From positions 123,989-187,988 of IMG/VR virus record IMGVR_UViG_3300014204_000113: 64,000 nucleotides of DNA. The stretch is one strand, 5' to 3'. The position numbers and the translations under genes are program-made. Every line of letters begins with the position of its first letter. The first letter of the stretch is position 1. The notes below the pieces were generated by a model. It did not search any database. It saw only the letters and a list, made by a program, of their open reading frames with translations, and was not told the origin of the DNA. Of the stretch, positions 48,565 through 57,411 are shown one piece after another. Source of the stretch: a virus. Taxonomy: Duplodnaviria; Caudoviricetes.

Positions 48565-48864
48565 CTATTTAAAATTATTCAACTTCTGCTTCTGTTGATT
48601 TATCTTCTCTTTCAACTCTTTCATTTCTTGCTTGATGACAGAATCAGTAACCTTATCGCAATCAGAACCAAACCTATCTTCCAACTTCCAAAGACGATTC
48701 TGGTCACTTGACAATACATCAGTTTGAATCTTATAGTCCAATCTTTTTTCAAGAAGCATCACCTTCTCATCCCTAGCGTAAGTTTTATCAACAAAAAAAT
48801 AAATTCCGAAGCAAAACGATATGATAGTAGCCAATGAAATTATTGATTTTGTTAAGTTAGACAT
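48565..48864 (-). CDS. single-TM coiled-coil protein
   Basis: N-terminal TM segment. Confidence 0.6.
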   Translation of the reverse strand: MSNLTKSIISLATIISFCFGIYFFVDKTYARDEKVMLLEKRLDYKIQTDVLSSDQNRLWKLEDRFGSDCDKVTDSVIKQEMKELKEKINQQKQKLNNFK

Positions 48865-49035
48865 TATTCCTTCCTGTGCTAATTGAAATGATTACGACAA
48901 ACAATAGCAAGACAATTAACATAACAAAAGTCCAAAACGTTATTCCAGAACAATCATTCGCAGCATTGTTAATTATGGTTATTAATTTAGATGCGTTAGT
49001 GAGCATGATTGATTTAAAAATTATTATTTATTAGT

Positions 49036-49440
49036 TTAATATCCATCTTCCCATTGAAAGTCAAAGTTACCTCTGATTGTCCTGCCATCCTCAAACATAA
49101 CATAGCCAGTCTCAACTCCATGACCACAACAAGCGTGAGCCACTCCTGGTAAATTAGCAATACATGGATCGTGACCATCTTTTGTTGGTTTTTTACCACA
49201 TCTAGGACAAGGCCATTTGTGTTTCTCTGGACCACTAGTTTTGGTTATAAACCTATATTCCTCCATTGGAATGATTGCATAACCATCTAATTGAGGCGTA
49301 ATTCTGCCTAATCTGTCAAAATGAAATAATTCTTCATCCCAAGGATTCTCTTTAATGAGACAATTATTAAGATAACCTCTTCTAAGTCGTTTCAGACGAT
49401 TGCGAAGATGTTCTAATTCTTCATTTTGATTTTTGGGCAT
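49036..49440 (-). CDS. Cys/His-containing hypothetical protein
   Basis: CPRC, GHDPCI..LPGV..ACCGHG. Confidence 0.65.
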   Translation of the reverse strand: MPKNQNEELEHLRNRLKRLRRGYLNNCLIKENPWDEELFHFDRLGRITPQLDGYAIIPMEEYRFITKTSGPEKHKWPCPRCGKKPTKDGHDPCIANLPGVAHACCGHGVETGYVMFEDGRTIRGNFDFQWEDGY

Positions 49441-49444
49441 TTAG

Positions 49445-50464
49445 TTATCCGTTAGATACTTTATCTAGATTTAAAGAAAACTGTTGGGATTGTTTTTCTT
49501 TTTCTGCTTTATTGCGAGCCACAGTAGCTTTTCCTTTTTCAATAGATTCTTTAGTTCTTTTTCTACCAGTCATAGTTTCGCTTTGTTTCTTTTTATGTTC
49601 TTCTGATTTTGGTTTTCTCAATTTTTGTTTAGTCTCTTCTGTATGAGTAGAACCAACCTTGGCCTTATGTTGGCAATCTGTAGAACAGTATTTTCTTTTA
49701 TTATTTTCATTTATGTTTCTAGGCATGAATGGTTTTCCACAAAGTTCACATGGTTTTTCTTCAAAGAAGTTTTTCTTTTTGAAACCGCTATCTCCTTTTC
49801 TCTCTTTTGCTGCCAAACTCTGTTTATTTTTAGTTTCATCAGAACGTTTTTGACCAACTTGAGAAAGATGATAGCATTCAGGAGAACAATATATCTTCTT
49901 AGGGTTCTTTGAATGAAACGGATTACCACATTGAGCACAAGGTCTATCTGGTTTTCTGCGAATTACCGAACATGCTTTATAAAAACATTCTGAAGAACAA
50001 TATTTCTTTTCTTGATAATGAACAATTAAAAATTTCTTACCACATTCTAGGCAAGTTCTCGGTTCTTTATATTTTTCAGAAAATCCAGACGGTCCTTCAC
50101 CACCATCTGTTAAGTTACATAAAATTCCAGTGCCATTACTTCTCCTTCCATAAAGAGCAATGAGTTCCATTTCTAAATCAAGCGCTTCTTGTTCAGTTAA
50201 ATTTTCAGCAAACTTTATTTTTATTACAGACAGGCCATTCTTCCATAATTTATGAATAACTTTAATTTTTAAATTTCTCTTTTTAGAACCGAGGAGTTTT
50301 CTAGCTTCTTTTTCATGATCATTTATTCTCCTTCCTTTTCCTTTACCCACATAAAACGGACAAGGGTTCCATTTGTAGAATGGATCATGATCATCATTGC
50401 GACAAAGGAGGTAAACATAAAAAATCCTTTTATAACTGTTTTTTGTCATATCTTTAATATCCAA
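49445..50464 (-). CDS. GIY-YIG (LEM-3-like) endonuclease with Zn-finger and NUMOD3-like repeats
   Basis: FYVY, PFYVGKG, NLTDGGEG; three CxxC..YCSxxC repeats. Confidence 0.8.
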   Translation of the reverse strand: MDIKDMTKNSYKRIFYVYLLCRNDDHDPFYKWNPCPFYVGKGKGRRINDHEKEARKLLGSKKRNLKIKVIHKLWKNGLSVIKIKFAENLTEQEALDLEMELIALYGRRSNGTGILCNLTDGGEGPSGFSEKYKEPRTCLECGKKFLIVHYQEKKYCSSECFYKACSVIRRKPDRPCAQCGNPFHSKNPKKIYCSPECYHLSQVGQKRSDETKNKQSLAAKERKGDSGFKKKNFFEEKPCELCGKPFMPRNINENNKRKYCSTDCQHKAKVGSTHTEETKQKLRKPKSEEHKKKQSETMTGRKRTKESIEKGKATVARNKAEKEKQSQQFSLNLDKVSNG

Positions 50465-50481
50465 ATATATAAGTTATTGAA

Positions 50482-52662
50482 TTACCACAAGATTTCAGTT
50501 GAACTAGATTTTATTTCATTTATCGGCCAGCGGGCAGCGCAGTAGTATCCGGCCGCGTCGGACCAGTGAGTAAGTAAAGGTGTGGATTTCTTATCAATTT
50601 CGCCGCTCCCCCCTTCAAGCACTTTGGTCCCTTCAAAACATTTCACAACAGAGGGAGCACGTCTAGAATCCACGAGGAACCTTATAACACCAGACACGGA
50701 GCAGAGACGGCTGTTGACCGCGTTTACACGCGAACGTTCGCGAGGATTGGCAGATTGGAAGTAGAAGTATACTCGTGAATCTCCATTAGGTTTCATCCAT
50801 TTATTGTGAAAGCATTTCTTTATAATATCGATATCACTTCCAGTGGTTTGTGCAGAACCGCCTGCTCCACCAGTCGCATCACCATATACATGAATTTCTC
50901 CTTCATGCATACCCCAATCTGATATCAATTTGTTACATACTGCAACTGTATTGCTATTATGAGGAATATGTACTTCTCCAATTACACCAGTACCAATAAC
51001 TGGACGAGTAAACTCTTGATTTTTTACTTTATCATAAATTACTTCCGTAACTCCTGGCATCAATTGCTCTTGACAAACTACCGCTACACCAGGACTAATA
51101 TTAAAGTCAAAACAAAAGATTAATGGTAATTTTTTATTATATTCTAATGGACGACAATGTGTTTTTTCTGTAAAAGGATAATATGCACGTCCTTGGAACG
51201 ATTCGAACGATCCCATGAATTCCTGATTGAAGGTCAATTCATCTAGAAATTCGCGGGCTGACGCTATTTCAGCAGCATCCAAAATGTCGGCTGAAACCCA
51301 ATGAAAGTACGAAAATTCCGGTATTTGACCTAACTCAATGGCTTTTGCTTCTATCCTCTTTGCATGTTGTGCCAAATCATAATAATGATTCCTACCCTCT
51401 GGCACCCCAATAAAGTCACACCACCCTTTCCTATCAGACAGAGCAGGTCGCACATGCTCAGGCCAAGCTCTAGCTTTCATATTTCCATATTCATCTAATA
51501 TCCCCCCATCCCAAGGCGATCCCTCAATTCGCTCTGGTTTATCCATCCCAATAACCCACAGTTCAGCACTGCTCTTGAACTTAATCACCATATCAGATTC
51601 ACGTATTGCAGTTCTTCTATCCCTTCCTGGCAATGCCCAATCAGGCACCATGGCTTTCAGGTCAGCCCAATAAATACGTTTTGCTTGTCCCCATGTAGGC
51701 GCAGCCACGAAGTATCTTGGCCCATAATCTTTAGAACAACTCATAGGGTCCAATGTACATGGCAATGGCATATCTATATTAGTATTCCATGGATCAATGC
51801 ATCTCAATATCAGTTTTCTTTTTGCCAATTCAGTATTGTGAGTAACTATTCCATTAGCAAGAAAGTTGTGATAATCTTTAACTGTTAGGTCATAAGTTTT
51901 TTCTGGTTTAACTTCTTTTACTGATAATACTCTTTCCCATGTTATATCTGCATTAACTAGAAAATTATATAAGTTTAAATCTAAATATTTCTTGATTTTG
52001 TTTAATTTGTTTATTGTAATTCTTTCAACAAGAGCCTTTCGTTTATTATTTTTTATCCAAGAACTTAATTCTTTTACTAAATCAGTAGGAGCATCAATAT
52101 AATCTATTTGAATATGCTTTCTATAACCTTGTGCTTTAACAGATTCATATTTAAGACTAGAAACAACCTCATCATAAGTCAATGGAATAAATTCACATCC
52201 ATCAGAATATTGCTTTGATACTGCGACCAACATTCCTCTTTCCAGATCACCTGCTTCAACCCATTTTTTGTTTGCCCATATTGGATGGTTAGAAGTGCAT
52301 CTTAAATATCTGAATGCTTCATTGGTGCCTGATAATTTTATTTGTACAATAGACTTCTTACCATTCTTTAATACATGCTCTACTTCTTTAGACTCCAAGA
52401 CATACATTGGATTAGCAGACAATACCATATCACCAGCCTTAATTTTCTCTACTGGTTTTTGTTTGCCATTGGCCATAGTGACAAGAGTGCCTTTGGCAAG
52501 ACATTTACCAGAACGTCTTCCTGCTGGCACTACTTTGAATCTAGCTGGACTGTTTACAAGTCTAGATTGCTCATCATGGTCTCTTAACTTAGTCCATCTG
52601 GCTGGAAAATCATTACCAAGTTGTTTTGACTCTGGTACTCCATAACTATGTTTAGGTGACAT
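50482..52662 (-). CDS. terL: terminase large subunit (intein-containing)
   Basis: AGRRSGK|T Walker A, ILDE Walker B, PEG.NH.Y, DFN nuclease motif, H..DA..Y. Confidence 0.92.
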   Translation of the reverse strand: MSPKHSYGVPESKQLGNDFPARWTKLRDHDEQSRLVNSPARFKVVPAGRRSGKCLAKGTLVTMANGKQKPVEKIKAGDMVLSANPMYVLESKEVEHVLKNGKKSIVQIKLSGTNEAFRYLRCTSNHPIWANKKWVEAGDLERGMLVAVSKQYSDGCEFIPLTYDEVVSSLKYESVKAQGYRKHIQIDYIDAPTDLVKELSSWIKNNKRKALVERITINKLNKIKKYLDLNLYNFLVNADITWERVLSVKEVKPEKTYDLTVKDYHNFLANGIVTHNTELAKRKLILRCIDPWNTNIDMPLPCTLDPMSCSKDYGPRYFVAAPTWGQAKRIYWADLKAMVPDWALPGRDRRTAIRESDMVIKFKSSAELWVIGMDKPERIEGSPWDGGILDEYGNMKARAWPEHVRPALSDRKGWCDFIGVPEGRNHYYDLAQHAKRIEAKAIELGQIPEFSYFHWVSADILDAAEIASAREFLDELTFNQEFMGSFESFQGRAYYPFTEKTHCRPLEYNKKLPLIFCFDFNISPGVAVVCQEQLMPGVTEVIYDKVKNQEFTRPVIGTGVIGEVHIPHNSNTVAVCNKLISDWGMHEGEIHVYGDATGGAGGSAQTTGSDIDIIKKCFHNKWMKPNGDSRVYFYFQSANPRERSRVNAVNSRLCSVSGVIRFLVDSRRAPSVVKCFEGTKVLEGGSGEIDKKSTPLLTHWSDAAGYYCAARWPINEIKSSSTEILW
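51835..52503 (-). mobile_element. intein (223 aa) in terminase Walker A
   Basis: starts CLAKGT, TSNHP block B, YDLTV...HNFLANGIVTHN|T; no LAGLIDADG motifs seen. Confidence 0.9.
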
Positions 52663-52692
52663 TTATTAATTAGTCCTTATAAAAATTAATAT

Positions 52693-53466
52693 TTATTTTA
52701 TATATACGCATTTCTCTTTTCTATTTTTTAAACAGAGTGAACATAAATTAGTTTTGTAGAATTTCTTTAACTCTTTAACCATTGAAGGATACATTTGTTC
52801 TCCAATATCTGGACGTTCATATTTATTTGCTATTTTTTGCTCTTCGAATAGTTTATATATCAAATACATTTTCTCAGAATAGTCAAACAATCTATTAACT
52901 AAACGTTCCATTTCACCATACTCTTTTGAAGCGAACATCTTTGAAATGGTTTTAAATATAGAAGTACCTTCTTGCTCAATATATTTGATTTTAAATTCAG
53001 TTCTTTGACAAGGGTCTGACAATAACCAAATTAATACTTCATTATTCTTTCCTATGTCAAAATCTTTGCCCATACAAGGAAGCATTTCAAGTTCACAAAT
53101 TCCTGCAATTTCTGGTTTGATATTTTTATTAAATTTATTATAATTTCCACAATCAACCTTCATAATAGCATTTCTACTTAGGTGTTTTTCTACAAGATAC
53201 TCAATGGCTTCTTCAAAATCAGCTAATTCTCCTGTTCGATTAGAAAGTATTTCAGCATCCTTATGACTACCAACTATTTTCAAATTCCCATGAATTCTTT
53301 TAACTTTAAAATTTTTTCCAAAATGGGCATAGGCCAAGTCTGGGTACAACATTGTCTTCTCTCTTAAAAATCTAGAGTGGTTGAATGCACTTTTAATCAT
53401 GAAGTTATAAAGTTTATCCACTTCCTCTCTCAAAATTTCCAGTTCTTTTTCTTTGTCAATATCCAT
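52693..53466 (-). CDS. scaffold-domain paralog
   Basis: AF..S.FLR.KT.L.P..A...FG..F, GE.A..EEAIE.LV shared with 31510-32340. Confidence 0.7.
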   Translation of the reverse strand: MDIDKEKELEILREEVDKLYNFMIKSAFNHSRFLREKTMLYPDLAYAHFGKNFKVKRIHGNLKIVGSHKDAEILSNRTGELADFEEAIEYLVEKHLSRNAIMKVDCGNYNKFNKNIKPEIAGICELEMLPCMGKDFDIGKNNEVLIWLLSDPCQRTEFKIKYIEQEGTSIFKTISKMFASKEYGEMERLVNRLFDYSEKMYLIYKLFEEQKIANKYERPDIGEQMYPSMVKELKKFYKTNLCSLCLKNRKEKCVYIK

Positions 53467-53477
53467 AAATCCTCACT

Positions 53478-53696
53478 TTAATTGTGTATAAATTCAATAT
53501 TTCTAACTTCACAAATAGCATTGTTATATGGTTCTTCATCCAATTTCTGGAAATCTGGCTTGAATCTCATTATTTCACCAGTTTCATCATCAGCCATAAA
53601 TACTAGTGGAATTACTTCACCATTATCTTTATCAACAAGTTTGCTATCCCAAACAATCCATTCTGGAATTTCATCGTATCTGCAATCAAGTCTCAT
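53478..53696 (-). CDS. hypothetical protein (paralog of 46261-46491)
   Basis: shared motifs. Confidence 0.65.
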   Translation of the reverse strand: MRLDCRYDEIPEWIVWDSKLVDKDNGEVIPLVFMADDETGEIMRFKPDFQKLDEEPYNNAICEVRNIEFIHN

Positions 53697-53902
53697 TTCT
53701 TTTTCTCCTTTGTTTCTCCATCATTACCCCATACAGAATGCATTATTTGTATTATATATAAACTCTCACAAGACTTATGGATAACATATTTATCATCCAT
53801 CATTACTATAGGCAAATCTTCTTTAGAGTTTATTTCTTTTTCACATACACTACAAACATATCCAAATGCTTTAGCAAAATCATTAATTATTTCAACTTTC
53901 AT
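53693..53902 (-). CDS. small Zn-finger protein
   Basis: CSVC...H..C. Confidence 0.55.
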   Translation of the reverse strand: MKVEIINDFAKAFGYVCSVCEKEINSKEDLPIVMMDDKYVIHKSCESLYIIQIMHSVWGNDGETKEKKK

Positions 53903-54200
53903 CTTTATATTCCTTCAATTTGCAATTATCACAAGGAGGTGGTTGAATTTTTTCTAGGGTATCATGTCTTTCACAAGCCTCATTGTGCATTTTATATCTC
54001 TGTTGACAAATTTCACAATCCTTCTTAGCCAACCCAGAAATAGAGGACATAAATCGCTTCTCATCGCCTTTGGGAAAACCACCCCTAGTGTCTTTAACAA
54101 GTAAATATAGAAGTTCATTAGTAATTTCAAGTTGTTTACTTAGTTTTTCAACAAACTCTTCTATTGTTATAAACCTGACATCAAATTCATCTCTTTCCAT
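53892..54200 (-). CDS. hypothetical protein
   Basis: GAGG SD. Confidence 0.6.
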   Translation of the reverse strand: MERDEFDVRFITIEEFVEKLSKQLEITNELLYLLVKDTRGGFPKGDEKRFMSSISGLAKKDCEICQQRYKMHNEACERHDTLEKIQPPPCDNCKLKEYKDES

Positions 54201-54211
54201 AAATCCTCGCT

Positions 54212-54535
54212 TTATTTATCAATAGACACTTGTGTTCTGTAATGAAAATATTTTCTTGCTATTTCTCTTGTTTCTTCCTCTCCAACTTTTGGCTCAAATA
54301 TTCTCCAAACCAAAGAGATTAGTAATGGGTAAGAACAAGTGGAATAAAAGAATTTATCAATTGCCAACATCATATCTTTCAAATCAGCAGGATATTTTTC
54401 ATAAAAACTATCTGGTAAACGATTTATATGCTCATTCAAAGCCGACTGCAATTCTTCCTGTGTAAAATCATTGCCACAATCATTATTGTCAAACTCAATT
54501 TCAATCTTTAACGGCAATTTCAATTCATATTTCAT
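54212..54535 (-). CDS. hypothetical protein
   Basis: GAGG SD. Confidence 0.6.
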   Translation of the reverse strand: MKYELKLPLKIEIEFDNNDCGNDFTQEELQSALNEHINRLPDSFYEKYPADLKDMMLAIDKFFYSTCSYPLLISLVWRIFEPKVGEEETREIARKYFHYRTQVSIDK

Positions 54536-54547
54536 ATAATCCTCACT

Positions 54548-54850
54548 TTATTTATTATTATGTTTATGTATCCAAATATAAGTTTTTATGATATTTTCTA
54601 AATCATCTCCCAACATACCAACCATTTCCTCATCTAGATATTTGCAATTTGGATGACCAAAATTTATTTTAATCAATCCTTCTATGCCATCATTATCCAT
54701 TGTCAAAGATGTATAAAATTCATTGCCAAATTTTTCTCCTGGTTTATTAGGAAAATTGTAAGATAAATAATCATGTACTCTATGAAGTTTTTCACGTTGT
54801 CTTACTTTCTTTTGTTCCTCTGATTCAGGAATTATAGGCAGTGGTTTCAT
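54548..54850 (-). CDS. hypothetical protein
   Basis: TAATG coupling. Confidence 0.6.
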   Translation of the reverse strand: MKPLPIIPESEEQKKVRQREKLHRVHDYLSYNFPNKPGEKFGNEFYTSLTMDNDGIEGLIKINFGHPNCKYLDEEMVGMLGDDLENIIKTYIWIHKHNNK

Positions 54851-55689
54851 TATAATTCTTCATCGCCTCCATAAAGTGCATATCTTAAATTATTAGCAGC
54901 CCTTGCCAACTCTTGATACAACTCGCAAGTTTCTTTAACTACTTCTTCCCACTTATTTTGTTCTTTGGTGGCAGAAGCAGCCAAATCAATCAATTTTTCT
55001 TCGGTAAATTCCATTTCATTAATTTCTTTTGGTTTTTTAGGTAAAGTATCAGCCATTGAATTAATTTCACTTCTTACTTTGTCATAGTAATCATCGTCTT
55101 TCAATTTATATCCTCTAGCTTTAAGACCACACTTATGATCATCGTCCCTACAATCAATACAATCTATCAAATTAGCTCTCCCAAATATAAGGTCTAACCC
55201 ATAATTTTCATTACCACACCAATTGTTTGGTTTAAAAAACTTACAATCAACACAAAATTTTATTCTTGATAGATAGTCTTCTTTTTTTTCATTTTCAATT
55301 GTTGATCTCATTTTTGAATTAACAAGTTCTTTCCATACTATAGGTTTTTCAATAACTCCTTCATTTAAAATTGCTTCATCCCTTTTGCTCTCTTTATCTT
55401 TTTCCCCAAAATATTCTTTCCATAAAGTCGTCAAGACTAATCCATTTCCAGTTAAAGATATATTCTTCTCCATCTGTTCAAATAACCATTTTTCAAAATG
55501 TGGTTTTGCTTTTTTAAGTTCATTATTAAACTTTCTTCTTAAAGTGCTTACACTTATTGGGCCACTAGGATAAATAACCAATGCTATTTCTTCTGGTGTA
55601 TGACCAAAAGCAGTCAACATAGTCACTACACTTTTTTGTTCACCACTTGGTATCCAACCATTAACATCTTCTTCATTTAAAACTCGCAT
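54850..55689 (-). CDS. terminase small subunit-like HTH protein, paralog 3
   Basis: W.P....V..L.A.G..EEIA..I...GPIS.STLRRKF..EL. Confidence 0.55.
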   Translation of the reverse strand: MRVLNEEDVNGWIPSGEQKSVVTMLTAFGHTPEEIALVIYPSGPISVSTLRRKFNNELKKAKPHFEKWLFEQMEKNISLTGNGLVLTTLWKEYFGEKDKESKRDEAILNEGVIEKPIVWKELVNSKMRSTIENEKKEDYLSRIKFCVDCKFFKPNNWCGNENYGLDLIFGRANLIDCIDCRDDDHKCGLKARGYKLKDDDYYDKVRSEINSMADTLPKKPKEINEMEFTEEKLIDLAASATKEQNKWEEVVKETCELYQELARAANNLRYALYGGDEEL

Positions 55690-55880
55690 AAATCCTCCAA
55701 AGTTTTGTTTTCAAGACCTTTATTAAATTCATCAAAATTCTTTCCAATCTTCTTATAACCTTTATCAAAAACTTTCCTTTCATCATAAGACCAAATTCTT
55801 TTATCTGGGACCAAAACGGAAGCCAATTCACAATATGCATTTATACAACTTTGTTTAAGTTCACTTAAATTTTCTTGCAT
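55677..55880 (-). CDS. hypothetical protein
   Basis: GGAGG SD. Confidence 0.55.
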   Translation of the reverse strand: MQENLSELKQSCINAYCELASVLVPDKRIWSYDERKVFDKGYKKIGKNFDEFNKGLENKTLEDLCEF

Positions 55881-55901
55881 TGTAAACCTCCAAAGGTTTG
55901 T

Positions 55902-56093
55902 TTAGATCACACCAAGAAGTCTAAAATCACCTACAGTCAATTTTATAGCATGACCAGGAAATAACAAATGAGCCACCATCATTAGTACATCATAACCGTC
56001 TGTTGAACTAGTCCCAGCTAACTCAAAATGACCAACCACCTTCATTGCTAGTGCCAATTTTTCATCTTTTGTTAATTTCTTTAATTCTTCCAT
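55902..56093 (-). CDS. hypothetical protein
   Basis: AGGAG SD. Confidence 0.55.
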   Translation of the reverse strand: MEELKKLTKDEKLALAMKVVGHFELAGTSSTDGYDVLMMVAHLLFPGHAIKLTVGDFRLLGVI

Positions 56094-56111
56094 AAATACT
56101 CCTATTATTTT

Positions 56112-56480
56112 TTATTTATCTTTAAAATATTTGCAAACTTTAGGACAAAATTTGGTATCTTTATGTTTAAATTCCTCTCTAAAACAATGTTCACAAATAG
56201 CTGGCATCAACTTAACTGTTATTGGACCACAATTTTTACAGGCTTGCTCATGTAGTTGTCCAATTATTTTCATCATAAGTTTAGCTTTTCCTTCTATCAA
56301 TTCATGATTAAATTTCCTCCTCACCGTACTCTCACTTATAGGCCCGTCAGAATGAATATTTTGCGCTATATGTGATGCCGTTTGACCAACAGAAGCCCAT
56401 TCAATAACATTCTTCCTATCATCCTCAGTAGGCTCCCAGCCACTAGCTCTATATCTTTTCTTATTTACAATTTTGCTCAT
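56112..56480 (-). CDS. terminase small subunit-like HTH protein, paralog 2
   Basis: WEPTEDDR, GPISESTVRRKF.HEL..GK. Confidence 0.55.
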   Translation of the reverse strand: MSKIVNKKRYRASGWEPTEDDRKNVIEWASVGQTASHIAQNIHSDGPISESTVRRKFNHELIEGKAKLMMKIIGQLHEQACKNCGPITVKLMPAICEHCFREEFKHKDTKFCPKVCKYFKDK

Positions 56481-56667
56481 TTTTCAATTTTTCCAATACC
56501 AAATCAGATACTTTCATGTCTTCACCAGTGTGAATACCCTCATCACAATCATGACAATACCAACCAGGCATCTCAAAAGTGGTTGATTTGTTTTCATAGG
56601 TCAATATTATGGGGCGCATCCCGCGGTGCATCGGCGCACCCGTTTTCGGACAGACGGGATTATTCAT
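56461..56667 (-). CDS. YgiT/MqsA-type zinc-finger protein without HTH
   Basis: CPKTG..M.RG.RP..LTY......MPGWYC..CDE.IH...DMKVSD. Confidence 0.7.
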   Translation of the reverse strand: MNNPVCPKTGAPMHRGMRPIILTYENKSTTFEMPGWYCHDCDEGIHTGEDMKVSDLVLEKLKNEQNCK

Positions 56668-57220
56668 TCTCAACCTTTTTGGGTGCTTTAGGCAAAGTAT
56701 CTACCATGCCTCCAATTTCTTTACCAACTTTTTCAAAATAAGTTTCTTCTTCATCTTCTTTCTGATATCCCTTACCAACAGGTTGTCTTCTTTCTGGTGA
56801 GGCACTGCCCCAAGTCTCTTTGTAGAGCATATTCAAAAGGATGGCACCCTTATCTGTAGCTGCTCTCTTAATTATTTCTCCCACCCAATATTTCTTGAAA
56901 TGAACTTTACCATATTTCAACTCGTAGCCAAACTTTCTAATAACAGTGGTATAACTAATAGGACCATAAGGACAAATGACTTGCGCTATTTCTTCCGGTG
57001 TACTGCCAGTGGCTACCATAGCGGTAACAGTAACTCTATCATCCTCAGTAGGCTCCCAATTTTTGATTACGCTTGATTTGACTTTTTTTTCAGCAGGAAT
57101 TTTTCTTATTTTGTGGGAACTTTTTTCTAGTGGAACTGGAAGGTCTAAACCTTTTGCTATTGGAATTACATTCGCTGGCGGATTTTCTTTCTTGATTCGT
57201 TTGATAATTTTCTTAGCCAT
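56660..57220 (-). CDS. terminase small subunit-like HTH protein, paralog 1
   Basis: WEPTEDDR..V..M.A.G..EEIA, GPIS...RKF..EL..GK; first gene of minus-strand block. Confidence 0.6.
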   Translation of the reverse strand: MAKKIIKRIKKENPPANVIPIAKGLDLPVPLEKSSHKIRKIPAEKKVKSSVIKNWEPTEDDRVTVTAMVATGSTPEEIAQVICPYGPISYTTVIRKFGYELKYGKVHFKKYWVGEIIKRAATDKGAILLNMLYKETWGSASPERRQPVGKGYQKEDEEETYFEKVGKEIGGMVDTLPKAPKKVENE

Positions 57221-57339
57221 CTTCTCTCTCTAAATTATGTTGACTTGAATTCGTCTAAATTTTAATTGTACTATCTTTATTATAGAATTTATATACTTAG
57301 AGCGCAAGTCAAAACTAACCATTAATACTTGCGGGATAC

Positions 57340-57368
57340 TTGACAGATTCATTTTTATTTAATATAAT
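57340..57368 (+). promoter_or_regulatory. sigma70-type promoter
   Basis: TTGACA-17 nt-TATAAT, perfect consensus. Confidence 0.85.
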
Positions 57369-57411
57369 AATAAGAGAAAGTAATTTTTTATTCATTAAAG
57401 GAGAAATTTCT

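Noticed and set aside
48405-52680. Shared 16-mer ATAAGGACTAATTAAT upstream of terL and the 48406 gene
   Set aside because: Mostly SD plus AT-rich spacer; two copies are too few to call an operator.
57340-57411. TTG start of the 493-aa ORF
   Set aside because: That TTG is the -35 box of a consensus promoter; ATG 57412 has the SD.
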